Shown here: positions 1-13,209 of the stretch, piece by piece | Position numbering within the stretch: the stretch's first letter is position 1 | Layout: every line of letters begins with the position of its first letter | Assembly: GCF_963576615.1 (NCBI RefSeq) | Contig: NC_088708.1 | Location: 42,925,115 to 42,989,114, forward strand | Source of the DNA: Watersipora subatra | Taxonomy: Eukaryota | Reading direction: 5' to 3' | DNA length: 64,000 nt | Position numbers and translations under genes: made by a program | Notes under the pieces: generated by a model | Database searches by the model: none | What the model was told of the DNA's origin: nothing | Seen by the model: only the letters and a program-made list of their open reading frames with translations

Positions 1-227
1 GAAACAACAATGTTTGGAACCACTGCCCACTTTGCCATGTGCCCCTGCCAGGATGGTCTAACATGCACAAGCGACAAGACAGTACAGAATCACCCAATTT
101 TTGGATCCATTGAGACCCACACCAATACCATGTGCAGCCAACCTGAGCTTTAATGATAGAAAATGAATATGCCTGTTTGATATTTGCCATTTCAACAATA
201 AATGGCTGATGTGAGACGTTACATTTG

Positions 228-472
228 TCTTACACCGATTCTGATTGCTAGCTGAAAAAAAGAGTAAGAACAATTGCCTTATGTCAATTCTGATTGGTTG
301 GTAGCTGAAAAAAGAATAAGAGCAATTGCCTTACGTCAATTCTGATTGGTTGGTAGCTATAAAAAGAATAAGAGCAATTGCCTTACGTCAATTCTGATTG
401 GTTGGTAGTTATAAAAAGAATAAGAGCAATTGCCTTACGTCAATGCTGATTGGTTGGTAGCTAAAAAGAATA
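228..472. promoter_or_regulatory. tandem array (about 4 units of 57-59 bp), each carrying the Y-box/inverted CCAAT motif CTGATTGGTTGG
   Basis: The unit ..aagaataagagcaattgccttacgtcaattctgattggttggtagct.. is repeated four times. CTGATTGG(Y)(Y) is the canonical NF-Y site. Confidence 0.4.
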
Positions 473-1070
473 TGAACAAGGAACGTTCTCGGTCAAAAAG
501 TGTCAGATGTAAATGGTAACAAGAAACATTTTCAAATAAGGTCCTTGCCTGCTGCCAATAGAGAAATATAACATTTGGGTTGAAACTCTCATGCATGTTT
601 AATAGCTTTTTAGTCACTAAATCTACTTTTTTGCCAGCATCCTTTGTTCACTAAATGATTCCAGCTCAATACTTTACTGTAGGGATGTCATGTGAGCTGA
701 TATCCATCAGATGATTTTTGGCATGGACTTGTTTCCCAAGAATCTGTCAAACACATGTTTGTGTTCAGTGAAACCTTTTTGATAGCTCTCAGAGTCAGGC
801 TTCATAATACCTTGGGTAATGCCTAAACACATTAATCCTCCTTCTATATCCTTGGTCGTACCTCTAAGCAGTTCGAGGTCATCTGCCTTGCCTTAGTTCA
901 GAATTAGTTTACCACGCTTCTGAATGTCAAAGGTCATTTGAATGTCATTGCTAAAAACCCTAGTAAGATGAATATTGAGCCTATATCCCTTTCCTTGTTC
1001 ATACACAGCTTCATGTTATCCATGAAGACAGGATGATTGATGTTAGTACCACTCTTTGAACCTGCACAAA

Positions 1071-1138
1071 CCTTAGGTGGTCTCATACCCACCGTAGGTG
1101 GTCTCATACCCACCATAGGTGGTCTCAGGTAAAATGCT
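1071..1138. repeat. 21-22-bp tandem repeat x3 (ccNtaggtggtctcataccca)
   Basis: The direct repeats are visible in the sequence. Confidence 0.85.
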
Positions 1139-2532
1139 CATAGGATTGATACATAGGTAAGTGGAAGAGCACAACATTGTGGTACTTGTTGTCGAGCCTT
1201 ATCCACCAATCAGTACTGATATTATGGATAGCTTTTTGCCAGATGTTTTTTCCAGAGCCTAGCTGTGCTAGGTTTTTGAATCTGCTGATATCTCTGTGCA
1301 AAACTCTATTTCTATTCTTAACCCTGAATTATCGAAAAGGAGTTGATGCTTGCAGATGTCAGTTGAACTTCCGGCTGATCTGGGAGAGTAACAGGTGTAT
1401 TGTATTATCAGTGCACTAGTCTTATACAGGATGCTGGTCCTGATGGATTGATGTTGTCTAGCGACTGTTTAGGAGTGGCACTGCTTAGAACCGTTAGTGA
1501 AAACCGGCTATTCTGGTATTAAGCTCAACAAAGGTTGTCTCCTTAGGCATGGATCCCATGATGGCACTGTGCCATATTTTGACTGCAGAGGATTATGATT
1601 TTTTGTATCTTTAGTTCTAACAGCAGTTGCCTTCTCACTTCTTCAGTGAGGAGGCAATTTTAGTCAATGGTTTCGCTTTCAAGACTGTTAATAACATCCT
1701 GTTGTTATTCCACCGAAGATTTTTTATAAAACCTGAAAAAATGAAAATGCTGCGATAATATTGCATTGTTCATAGCAATAAGTCCTAGTAGATAGTCAGC
1801 TAAATTACTACAATAAGATTTCACATTTTTCATTGACATACGTTACAGCATATGCGCAAGCATCCTGAATGCTTGTATATTGTTTCATGAGATTACTCTC
1901 GATTAAAGTAAAGTTGTCTGTCCCACACAGTGTCCAGAACATAATAAGATCCTTTGTTTAGACACTGTTTAGTGATTGAACACTTTTCACTTTTCTCCTT
2001 CACTCCGCACTTCTGTAGCAGGGCTTTTGAGTTTACTACTAAGCTAGCTTTCGAAAAACAAGCTTCTGATTGATTTGTAGCTTTCAGTTTTAACAAAACA
2101 GAAAGCTAAAAAATGAAATTACATTAACAGATCAAGTGTGGTACAATACCTATAACAAAATAAAATTATTTTTCATCGAGAAACAAATATGATAGCACTA
2201 GATGAATGCCCGGCGTTGCACAGGTGATAAAAAAGTTTTTGGACAGAAAATTTATTTTTAATTAACATAATTATTCAACATCAATATTTACCATTCTAAC
2301 TTTTAAATCAAGGTGTTTGTTTATTTCTGTGGACTGTGCTATTTATGTTTGCTGTGTTTATTTCTGTGTAATTCATACCATACAGATCTATACTGATTGC
2401 AATAGTCTTGTTGGCTATATGAGTTGAGGCATTTTTTCACTTATGGGCATGCATTTTTCTTCTGATATGGCTTTGCGCATAAAGCTAACTGCAGTGTTTA
2501 ACGCCAAGCCATGAAAGATTGGCATGTATGTT

Positions 2533-2645
2533 AAGTATGTGCCAAATTTATTCCATGGTGTAGCAATTTGGACAGTGTAGTGTATTGGATAAATAAATGT
2601 CTGCAAAACTGGAGGTTGTGAGTTCAAATCCAGATCACAGCGGAT
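2533..2645 (+). repeat. tRNA-derived SINE-like fragment (box-B-like GAGTTCAAATCC)
   Basis: It shows tRNA T-arm-like and box-A-like motifs and a tttttcac region similar to the other two copies. No complete cloverleaf is present. Confidence 0.3.
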
Positions 2646-5600
2646 TTTTCACTTTTAACACTTTATTGATATAGCTGGACAGACAGAAGTACTAACAAAT
2701 GTACAGACTGACAAACATTAAGATTTATAAATATAGAAAGAAGATAGATTGCGGTCGAACTATAATCTTACTTACTTTGCTCCTAGCAGTTTTACATTTG
2801 GTCTTTTACTCAAGTGATTAAAACTACAAAGTTTACTAGCTAAATTCTTGAGCATCATTTATTACAGATATCATTGGGTGTTCAATTTATTTCAATACTA
2901 TGGTGCAATTTTATGAACCAATCAGATGAGACTTTAATTCAAAGTCTCATTTGATTGAACTAAAGTCCCATCATTTAATGCAACCATTAGTGATTATTAG
3001 GATAATATAATTAGCATATATACAGGGTTGTGACGCATTAGTACTGCTTACTGCACATTAAAAATTAGTTGTTCTGTGTGTGTATACTGTGCAGTAGCAA
3101 AAGCACAAAATGCATTTATATTGCAAAGCTGTTACATGCTTGGTGCCGCTAATGGCACTGCTAATGCAACTACATAGATATCCAAACAAAGATTTACTAC
3201 AGCTGTAATGCTTTTACATCTGGGCATCGGTGAGTACTTATCTACGTGCAGTTAGAATTTATTTGTAATGGTGACCACCCTGAATATACATATGTACCTA
3301 CTGAATATAACATCAGAGTACTCCTACATACATGTACATGTAGGCTGTAGAGGTTGGATTGAATTTCCCAATATTTGATGAAATATTTGACGTTTACATT
3401 TGAGATCTAACGAATTATCAGTTGTTTGTTTTGTGTGAATAGTATGACTGTTTGGTATATATGCATATACTGATATATCGTGAATCTAAAATGAAATTAA
3501 ATGAAGACTAAATAAGAAAAGGGGCAACAACAAATTTGGTAGCAAGTGAGAGTAGCATAGAAAATTTATAAAAACTCGCAATAATATGTAGCAGATAAAT
3601 GATAATAACAAATTATGATTTGATATAACTGAGTATGTAACAGGTTTAAGCAGCAAATCGCTTACCATACTTGAATAAGACAGCTGGAAACCCAGCATCA
3701 ACTATATGAATGATAACAAAATAAAAAGGCTAATGATATTAAAGAAAAAACATTATCTTGTTACATCTTCTCAGAAAATGCATTAAGGATTGTCCTGGCT
3801 GTGTTATAACATGATAAATATTCTTGGTCCTGATTCATGATGACCTTAGTTTACTTTAGTAATACTAAAGGCGAATATGATAAGTGTAAAACACAAGTTA
3901 CCAGCTTGTGGACGAGATAAATGCCTCAGATGGTCCAAGATATAAAGAAATGGTGCTGCCAACTGCTAATGAATCATACTTCTGATTATGAATCAATGAA
4001 ATATTATTGCAAAACACATAAAATGGGGACAAGGTTTGGTGAAATCACAACCCTGTAGTAAAATTGCCTTGTTTGCTGTGTCTTGAGGACAGCTCATCGC
4101 CTGGGACCGTGAGTAAACTTGTGTTGATATGTGTATAGTAAAATAAATTGCTGAATCTAACAGAGGTACATAGTACATACTGCGGATGCAAAATAGTAAA
4201 CAGTACAGTAGGAGTTTGAAGTTGCGTTACTACACATTAACTGGAGCAATTTTTCACGTTTTTAACAGATTACGTTTAGGTTGCGCGACAGCTGTTTCGA
4301 TGGGCTTTTGGCGCCAATTATTAATACTTTTTGGAGCTGTTGCCGTGTTGTCGTGAAGCTTCCGGTTTATACTTTGAACTAGTTTCTAAGGTATCAATTT
4401 AATATAACAGAATCTGAAAATCAGAATTTTAAACAAATTAGTTGGTTTTGTGTGTTTGTTTTATAAGTTTGGGTGTAATAAGTAGATTTCTCACCTTGAT
4501 GGTGATGACTACAACCGTGAGAATGAGTACCACCTCGTCAGTATTCTTTTTAGCTAAAAGCTTATATAGCAATCAGCACACAGTACCCGTACATCAGCAT
4601 TATTTTTTTGAAGAAGGCGATGATAGGGCTTATTTATTTGCGTTTATATTATCTAAAAAACCCTAACTATTAATTTCTCACTGCGACTGTTAAACATCAC
4701 TGAAACCGTTGCACGTAGACCAATGCAAACCCTTAATGGAGGCAAGTTTGTGCTATGGTACTGCGACGTAGCAGCCCTATCGGTAAGAAAATTCTAAATC
4801 GTTGATGTTGTTTTGCCTTATTGAAAAAAATGGGAGTTCATATAACTCACCGGTACTGCGTGCGTGCAGCCTTTCGCAATGCGCGTAATACCTTTGGTGT
4901 AACTGGTTGAAAAATAAAGTAAAAATTTAGAAGTTCTACTTGAATTGAAATTTTTTGCAATCGCGAGACAATGGCAAAAACCTATGTAAAACAACAAGCT
5001 GAACATCTAAGTGTAACACTTCAATCAGCCCTAAAATTTTTTACTCACATAAGCAGAAGAGTTAAATAAGCATAGAAGGTTCCTAGATACACCAAAGCCC
5101 CACCAAAGGTTCTTTATATATATTGTTTTTTTCTTTAATTAGGTGATAGCCAGTCAGCATGCAGACTAATCTGTTATGTATTAGGAATTTGGCAGAAGAT
5201 CAATTTAAAGTCAGACGCCTCCTTGTCACCACCAGTAATCGTTTCGAAAATTGAATTCAAGCTAGTTGTTTACAGTTTGGGTGCTCTACACCTTTGTCTA
5301 TATTAATTTAAGCAGATTTGCCTTTTAATATGCAAATTCAGTTGAGAGTTCAGACAACTGGTTTAGTTTTGGTTGTTTTGGTTTGAATTCAGAATTCAAT
5401 TGTTTTGGTTGAGTTCAGAGCTCAACCAAAACAATCAGGTGATAAGATTTAATAAAAACCTAAAGCAAAATTTTCCAAAAGTTCCGTTTTCCAGCTATTT
5501 AAGAAAAAGAAGAGCTAGTGATTCATATAATATGATTTATATCTAATGGGAAATGGTGTGATGTTCTCTTTTAGTCCTGTAGTAAGCTCATCGATAGAGC

Positions 5601-7205
5601 GAGTGATAGACAACTTCGGCGACTACACGAGAACACTGACTTCCATATCCACATCAACAAAATTATTTCACAAGTTCTATTTATTAAGAACCAATAGATA
5701 TCTTAGGCTTTTAAATAGCATATTTCGGACTCAATAACAAATTTTTTTTACTAAAACTGAAGGCTTACAGCTGAAATCAAAACAATAAAAACAAATATAA
5801 ATGTGAGGCACTCCCTTTCTGCCAACAAGCCTTTCTATACTTATAGTATTTGAGGTAACGAGCTGTCGACTTATACCTGGTTTATTGGCTACCATAGTGA
5901 ACTGCTGCTAAACCAGCCCTCCAATTCAGTTTAAGCTGAATAACCTTAATCTATTAATTTTTTTGGCTTGACAACATTTATTACTAAATAAATATTAGAA
6001 TTATAAAACTAATTAACTTTGATGTTATTTAGTTTATGAATATCAGTCAAATGCAGATTAACCAAGTATAATAAGATATTTTAATGTGCAAATTTGAAAG
6101 TTTACCTCAAACACTGTTTTTTATGGGGCACAACTTGTCCCAATCAACAGGCTACTCTTCTTGTCATCTGTCTATTGTCTCATTGTGCCAGCTGTCGCAA
6201 GAGCAAGTGTATTTATCTTTCTAATACCCTACCTGGCTGTCACCATTCTTAACTTATCCTCATACAGTTTCTGATAGTGTCAGCCTTTCTACCCTACTGT
6301 TTTTCGTCTTATAAACCAATTATGATATCTGTTAGCTATGGAAGATCAACAAGCACGAGCTTTTTGAGTTGCAGTTTTGCTAGAAATTATAACAATATTT
6401 ATAAATACTGGTATTAGTTATTTGCTAGCAGGGATTACCTTTATTTTATTACACTAATGGTCGTATACTCGGCTTTTGTATATAACGTACAGAGTGAGCA
6501 TATTCTTGAGTGAAAGTGATACATATTTCTCTGGTCATTGGTCACATCTAATGCAGGGTATATGATGTAGAGAAAGCATTAAAAGCTCTTTAACCATAGT
6601 TAGTTAGTGTCTAAAATACACTACATTTATCCTTTTATTAGCTGGCCTCGTGGAAGATGGCCTCATGGCTTCTTCTGGCGCCTTGTTGGATTTTTTATCT
6701 AGCCATTGTTGTTAGCCAATTTTTCAAATATCCTGCTTCTACTTTGTTAAAAATAAGATGTTCTGTTGTTATCAAAAAAGACCATCTTTGTATTACAGAT
6801 GTGATTCTTTAATTCAACAAGGTCAACAGTGTACCTTTTAAAATTGTAGGACTAACAATCCAATTTTATATACTCATTCGCATAAACACGCCTTAAGACT
6901 TAAACAAGCCTGCGAGGGGATATAACACGACTATGCCATTACTAACATTTACATGCAGGATAATAAACCAAATTATTGCATGTAGCATGGAATCCGCTTC
7001 ATACTTATACAAAGATCTTCTGTATAATAAATAAATTGAATCGGGCTTAGATAGGGAACAAAATCTAAGAACCTGTAATGCACTTCGACAAAGACTCATA
7101 GCTAGTGAGACAATTATAGCATCTAATGATTTCACAGTTTGAATTCATTCCTTACAGCCTTTCTTTTATTCCATCTCAGGTAACCGTAATCGCTATTCAG
7201 TAAAC

Positions 7206-7297
7206 ATGGCCTCCGAAGAGGAGGCTATTTCTACCTTTGTGAACAATCGGAACCAAAAGCTACGAAGATGGTGTTTACCTGAGGCTACATCCCCGAA
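7206..7297 (+). CDS. MGLL: monoglyceride lipase-like alpha/beta hydrolase, coding exon 1 (ATG at 7206; ..NRNQKLRRWCLPEATSPK; donor GTAGGT)
   Basis: The translation resembles the MGLL N-terminus (..DGQYLFCRYWKPTGTPK). Exon length and phase are consistent with exon 2. Confidence 0.6.
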
Positions 7298-8829
7298 GTA
7301 GGTCATTGGATTAAGCTATGGTTGAAGTGGTCATCATAAGCGCTATGTTACAATGTTCTAGTTTAGCAATCAATTGCTCTGTTCTCAATTTTCATTGACG
7401 TAGGTGTTTGTGAATAAGTTAAATGACACCCAGAGTTTTTGCATCTTTAAACTCTCTACATTTGACTGCCTCCATCACTTGTTGTAACGTTTGATGTTAC
7501 TCGGTTGTCACGAAATGATGCAACATAAACTAAATATTCTCTGGTGGAGTATGTTTTCTTGTGCAGGTCTTTGTATTCACAGGCCAATTCATACAAGTTA
7601 TCAATAATTTGTAATAGAATGTTGAAACTAGCTCCTAAATCGCTAATTTGCTTTCTTCTGCAGATATTTGAATGTTTCATTATAACTAACAACTTTCTTC
7701 TCACTCACGGTCAGAAAACATTTTCGGAAAACCGTTTGCGGTGCCTCAAGTATTTTGTTTAATTACTAGAGAGACAAATTATTAGAGTTACATGTAATAT
7801 CGGTCTTTCCTGTTCTGTACATATTTCAATGAGCAATGACTCACTTGTAGTAGTAACTCTACCCACTGGCCCAGTTTGTTCTAATTTCGCATAGTTACGC
7901 ATTCTTGTAATTGCTTATCACTCAAAAGCTTACCACGCATTTAAATTATTTTGCAAAACTCAGTTCTGATTTTTCAAGTTTATTTACCTTGAGCATTTAG
8001 TATACTGTATTCAAATTGCATGCAGTTGATTATCTGAAATGTTTTTTCTTAACCAGTTATTTTTGTGGTATTACTCTTGCTGAGCGTGTACGTAATGACT
8101 GTTACACTCATTAATTTCTTTAAAATTCATGTATGTTAGTCTTCGATATATACTACTTTTTTCAGCATATTAATCTTATTGTTAAATAATGAAAAGTAAT
8201 AAATTTATCTGTACTACCAGTTTTATTTGTGAATAAATGTAAAAACAGGTACTCTGGTTTAGTCACCCCATAAGATGTGAGGTTTAGCCGTGTGATATGA
8301 TGACCCTGCGACATCTTTTGGATGTAACATCATTTCTGATTGCTGAAATGCATACCAACAGCGATATAGATAGCCTCTCTAACGATAAATCAGAAGGGAG
8401 CGTTATAACTAGCTCCAATCTTTCTTCTACTATTAGCCTTGCTATAAGCACTCTTGCTTCCTTCCAGAAGACATTAATCGATAAAAACCATTTTACTGCA
8501 GTTAGCTGACACTCCTTGTCAGTAGATGTGACACGTCTCTTCCAATATCTACCTTTTCCTTGGAGCCTTGAACACGTCAGCAGACAGTTGTTGGATCTAC
8601 TGTACATTAGGCGCTCAATAAATAGGCTAGTCAATGTTGATTGCACTTATTGTAGACGTAAATACATTAAAGATCCCAGGCTTCATTTATGCAGTATGTC
8701 TTCGCCCCGTATATTTATTATCTGCATAGCGGCACCTAGAGTAATATGACTGTATCAATAACACTAGTTCTGACATAGAGCTGCTAATATTTGTAGCCAT
8801 ATTTGTTGTAAGTTTTAATATATTTGCAG

Positions 8830-8939
8830 AGCGTTATGTGTATTCGTGCATGGCGTAGGTGACCATATCTTGGCCTACAAGCCTGTGGCACAGGTGCTGT
8901 GGGAAAAACACAACATAGCCAGTTGTGGCTTTGACCAAG
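8830..8939 (+). CDS. MGLL: MGLL-like exon 2 (ALCVFVHGVGDHILAYKPVAQVLWEKHNIASCGFDQ)
   Basis: Acceptor tttgcag and donor GTAATT are present. The sequence matches MGLL ALIFVSHGAGEHS..FAHDH, and the frame was checked by exon length. Confidence 0.7.
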
Positions 8940-9774
8940 GTAATTTAACCAGTCAAGTTTAATTGGTGCTAACCTGGGCATGACAGCATCTTTGTTGACA
9001 TTGACATACAGTCGAGTTGTATAACTTCCTTTGAATGTGGTTCCAATTACTGTTGTTTCAAGACATGCCTTCCAGCTAGTCATATTTTATGGTTTTTAAC
9101 ATTTCTAGCAGTTTTTTAATGGTTTCAGTCGTTTATAAAAATTTCTCATCATCTGCACCTAGAGTAATATAGCTGTGTCACGTGTCAGAAAAGACTAATT
9201 GTATTTCCTGATATGGATTACTCACAAAACTAAATTACGTTGGTGTTAAGAAAGGTTTCCACCAGTTCATTGTTACTTGTACTTGAGCATATAATATATT
9301 ATATTGCTTTCTCATCAATATATACGCAAAATGATTATACTTAATACGTTTGTTTTCTAGTATTTTATGAGCCAAAGTACATCTAATGCTGGACTCATCA
9401 ATATTTTTCAGTGTAAATATAAAGATTAAAAATACTGCACTTATTTTGTGTCATGGTTTTAAAAGTCTCGAAATTACTGCGTATAAATATGACAACAGGA
9501 CATCACATACTTGATAGCTTTACGCGTATGGCTTTTTTAGAAACATGCTTACTACAGCTGTCTTACGTCCTGTAATTGTTAGTTATTCTGGCCTAAACAA
9601 CTGGGCATGTACCTATGTGACCTAGATATCACATACGCCTTTTATGGGCTATATATGACACTTAATGTGCCTGAAAGTACTATCTGACTGCATGTTACTA
9701 GTTTTTATATGTGTATGTGACCAGTGGATATTACAGTGATTGTAACCTCATATATGACTGTGTGTTATACCTAG

Positions 9775-9911
9775 TGGGACACGGGAAAAGCGAAGGGGCC
9801 AGGGTAGACATCATGGATTTCCAGCACTATGTCGATGACCTCATTCAGTATATCCACATGGTCAAGTCTGAGAACCCTCACATCACCATATTTGCAGTCG
9901 GTCACTCTATG
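9775..9911 (+). CDS. MGLL: MGLL-like exon 3 (GHGKSEGARVDIMDFQHYVDDLIQYIHMVKSENPHITIFAVGHSM; lipase GHSxG nucleophile motif)
   Basis: The sequence matches MGLL [48 protein letters not shown]. It is flanked by ..ctag| and |gtgtgt, and this exon contains the ORF-track ORF 9711..9923. Confidence 0.8.
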
Positions 9912-10273
9912 GTGTGTTTATAACAGATTGTTTCTAAAGATGAATGGAGTTTATTTATATTTGCATATCGATGACTTTCTCTATACCGGTATCTACGTCA
10001 TCTGCATGTGTAATGTATGCGTGTTGTATATTCATACATATATCTGTATATGTGCATGTGATTGTTTGTTGTATACCTGTATATCCTGATATGTTATATC
10101 GCTTTGTTACTGTATACCTGTATATTAATACATGTAAATCGGGTTTTGTTACGATTATAGAGGTATTTGAACCTTCCTACATTTATTTAGCCGAGTTATA
10201 CTGTATATCCCTATATTCATACATGTACTGTATGAAGGTTGGGCTAATTTCTACCCTTTCAACTGTATGATAG

Positions 10274-10384
10274 GGAGGACTCGTGCTAGGACATGCTCTC
10301 TTACGTGAGGCTGATTTGGTGGATGGAGCTGTCATGTATGCTGCTGCTATACACGCTAATCCTGAGGTCTTTACACCTTTTAAG
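10274..10384 (+). CDS. MGLL: MGLL-like exon 4 (GGLVLGHALLREADLVDGAVMYAAAIHANPEVFTPFK)
   Basis: The sequence matches MGLL [37 protein letters not shown]. The exon is 111 nt, phase 0, with donor GTACAG. Confidence 0.75.
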
Positions 10385-10690
10385 GTACAGTCTTTGTTCT
10401 TCTCCGATATTCCTTAGACGTCAGTGTTCACATTTACCACCATACAACCCTCTGATCATAATTGCTTATTGCAACTGTTGTTTTTGGTTGCTCTTGATAT
10501 GCCTTTGGCAAACGCGCTGTCACTTTCGTACACTCAGTATTTCACTCGCTTTCTTTCAGTGACAGTTCTATTCCGTTTTAGCTGATTCACTTTTTCAACT
10601 ACCCTTTCAGCATAATACCAGCTCGGTCTACAAATTAATTACTTTCTTTGATGTTCTAGTTTCTACCGACGTGTCATCTAATCTTTGCAG

Positions 10691-10780
10691 GTGACAATGG
10701 CTAAGATGCTCAGTTACGTATTTCCATCATTTCCTGTCGGAGGTATCGGAGATGAAGCATTAACTCGAAACAAAGAGGAG
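10691..10780 (+). CDS. MGLL: MGLL-like exon 5 (VTMAKMLSYVFPSFPVGGIGDEALTRNKEE)
   Basis: The sequence matches MGLL [31 protein letters not shown]. Acceptor tttgcag and donor GTTAGC are present. Confidence 0.75.
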
Positions 10781-11266
10781 GTTAGCGAATTGAGTAACTC
10801 GTCAGTTCATTTCATCTGTTTGTTTGTTTCATTGTACACAAGTAGGGAATGTGTTGCAGGAGAGTCAGCTAAACTACTGGGCATATGCAGGTACTGCTAT
10901 GAACACAGGCTATGTTGCTCTGCTTGTCTCTTGTCACATTAAGTTGATGGCAGCAGCGATTAGCCTGTGTTTCCACTTTGATGCGACATCTGATTGCATT
11001 TGGTCATTGCACTAAAGTGTTATACAATATTTTATGCTTCTTCCAGTGATTGCTCTGCCCTGATTAGTCTCTCTGTAGGTCACTCTTTGTTTTTAACTCG
11101 TTTGGTTAATATCTTCTCCTAGGTATATGGAGCTAGTCATCTTGCAATTCTTCTGTCTCCTTTGAATCTAGTCACCGCTTGATTACACCGATAGTCACTA
11201 GGTTACCGCAGCGTGCTCACTATTCTGTTCTTTGCTGTTGCTCATTACATGTGTTCTACTCCATAG

Positions 11267-11319
11267 CTGGAGCGATTGCGAACCGACCCGCTGAGGCGAC
11301 AGGGCAAGCTTAAGGCTAG
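11267..11319 (+). CDS. MGLL: MGLL-like exon 6 (LERLRTDPLRRQGKLKA)
   Basis: The sequence matches MGLL ..IYNSDPLICRAGLKV. Acceptor ccatag and donor GTAAGA are present, and the phase is consistent with exons 5 and 7. Confidence 0.6.
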
Positions 11320-11637
11320 GTAAGAAACATTGGTTTGGTGAAAGCTAAAGGTTTTCAAAAAGTTTTTCAGATAGTGTGTAGACGGCTGTGCCAAGGACTT
11401 CAACAAATTCAGTTTCAGTTCATGTTTGTTTTATTTCTATGTTGTACCTCAGATTGTAGTAACTATGTTTGTTTAATATTTTGTATTATAGCTTGTGTGT
11501 CCTTGGCCTTAGCGCTGTATTAAAGTCTGCTGGAGAGCTTAGGAATTGAGACAAAGTAAAAAGTTTTGTTGACATTAGCCAGGGCATAAAAGAGTATTTA
11601 GACTTGAAGTCTATTAGCTTCCATGTATCTTATACAG

Positions 11638-11800
11638 GTGGGGACACCATACTATTAATGCTCTGGTAGATTTCAATTCAAAGATGTCACAAATAACAGT
11701 TCCTGTGTATATTGCACACGGTGGTGAGGATTTAGTCTGCCATATCGATGGTTCCACCAAGTTTCGTGACACCATTTCTTCAACGGATAAGACTTACAAG
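11638..11800 (+). CDS. MGLL: MGLL-like exon 7 (WGHHTINALVDFNSKMSQITVPVYIAHGGEDLVCHIDGSTKFRDTISSTDKTYK)
   Basis: The sequence matches MGLL ..[45 protein letters not shown]. It is flanked by tatacag| and |gtagat. Confidence 0.75.
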
Positions 11801-11911
11801 GTAGATCTCTCTTCTAGTTGCAAATGTTTTAATCAGATGCCTTGTTATACATATTTTATTGAAACTGAGGCATATCTATGAGCAGCTATTATGTATTGGT
11901 TCGGGCTACAG

Positions 11912-12022
11912 GTGTATGACAAGGGCTATCACAGGCTTCATTCAGAGCCAGACGGGCTTGGGGAGGAATTTATTGAAGACATGGCTCAGTGGATGTGTAG
12001 CCATATCAAGTCTGGCCAGTAG
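11912..12022 (+). CDS. MGLL: MGLL-like terminal coding exon (VYDKGYHRLHSEPDGLGEEFIEDMAQWMCSHIKSGQ*; stop TAG 12020-12022)
   Basis: The sequence matches MGLL [31 protein letters not shown]. The assembled CDS is 867 nt (289 aa), close to the 303-aa vertebrate MGLL. Confidence 0.75.
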   Translation: MYDKGYHRLHSEPDGLGEEFIEDMAQWMCSHIKSGQ

Positions 12023-12321
12023 CCTTCTTCAAATGTCTCTAAAATTCACTTCTCATGAGGTGCCATTCATTAGTTAATATAATTATTGGTGTTCAATGCA
12101 AATTTATTATCTATGGTATATAAATTACACTATAACTAGCATTCCTATTATTTATTGTATCATCAAACTATTATAAAGACTTTTCTTCATCAATTGTCTG
12201 CTGATGTTCTTTTATTCATCTACTTTATGTTAGATATTTTGAAATATCAGTATGTTTTTAGTGCTGAGCAAACACTGTTGCATTTATGAGGTTTATAAGG
12301 TTGTCAGCTTCTTTATAAAGA

Positions 12322-12327
12322 AATAAA
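12322..12327 (+). terminator. putative polyadenylation signal AATAAA for the MGLL-like gene
   Basis: An AATAAA lies about 300 nt after the stop codon. Confidence 0.3.
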
Positions 12328-12384
12328 TGGCATTGACCTGATTACTAGAATTCTAAGGCAATAAATTGCATTCTTTCCTATAAT

Positions 12385-12535
12385 ACGAGTCATATCCGCC
12401 CGTCAGTTCGAGGGCCACTGGTGGAAGTTGAAAAAAGATTACATCATATGAGATTCGAACTTGTGACATTCAATTTCCCAGCCTAGCATGCTACTACCTT
12501 TACCAATAAACCACCCACCAGCATTGGTGAATAAT
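12385..12535 (-). repeat. tRNA-derived SINE-like fragment (on the minus strand: ..GTCACAAGTTCGAATCTCAT.. then TTTTTTCAACTTCCACC)
   Basis: It has the box-B motif GTTCGAATC and lacks a tRNA acceptor stem. Confidence 0.3.
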
Positions 12536-13101
12536 TGTATGTATATTTATTACACCTAACAATCTCGCACACTAGGGTACGAGTAGTTCATAACGTCAAA
12601 TAGAAGTTACTAGCTTTTTGTTATGCTGCCGATTTTCGGCCTGTGATTTTCAGCTCTGAATAATATAGCATGTGAGATAAAGAAGGAAACAATGGGATTC
12701 CATTTGTCGGTAGGGCTAGAAGTCTTCACAAATTCGACAACTGGGACAGGCGTAGAGCATGCTGTAGAGTGTGTCACATAATCCCAACACAACTGGTAAC
12801 TCTAAGTGATAAATGCCATAATGTAACAACTATACAGCTCTAGTCTAAGCTTGGCACTGTTTGCAAAATGTCAATACATCGAGTGTCTGCTAAAAGTTCA
12901 CACTTGTAAACACTGAGGAGCTTTCCAGGGTTTATTCATACAGTTGACCAACCAACGAGCCACACATTTGATCAACTCTAGTGGAGAAAAATCGCTGTAT
13001 CACGCAAAGGCTCTTTATTGCACTAAGAAACTTTCAGCTTTTTTGATCAACATCATTAAGTTCATTGTTTGGTTCCTTGTTTTAAATAATGGTTTTATGC
13101 A

Positions 13102-13107
13102 TTTATT
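13102..13107 (-). terminator. putative polyA signal (AATAAA on the - strand) for the unknown gene
   Basis: A plus-strand tttatt lies about 100 nt downstream of the stop codon. Confidence 0.3.
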
Positions 13108-13209
13108 TTACTGTATGCAATATCCCAAAAAGTGCAAGAAAGTGTTTTATGTAATACACAAAACGCATCAAACGCAGCAGGCGGCAAGCGTCTAGGTTGG
13201 TTTTGGCAG

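Noticed and set aside
10860-10890. Candidate MGLL exon ESQLNYWAYAG between exons 5 and 6
   Set aside because: Its phase 1 carry-over creates a stop in the next exon. Exons 5 and 6 join in frame without it and match MGLL directly.
12440-12520. Possible tRNA gene on the minus strand (GTTCGAATC T-loop)
   Set aside because: There is no complementary acceptor stem or proper T-stem. It is better explained as a tRNA-derived SINE remnant.
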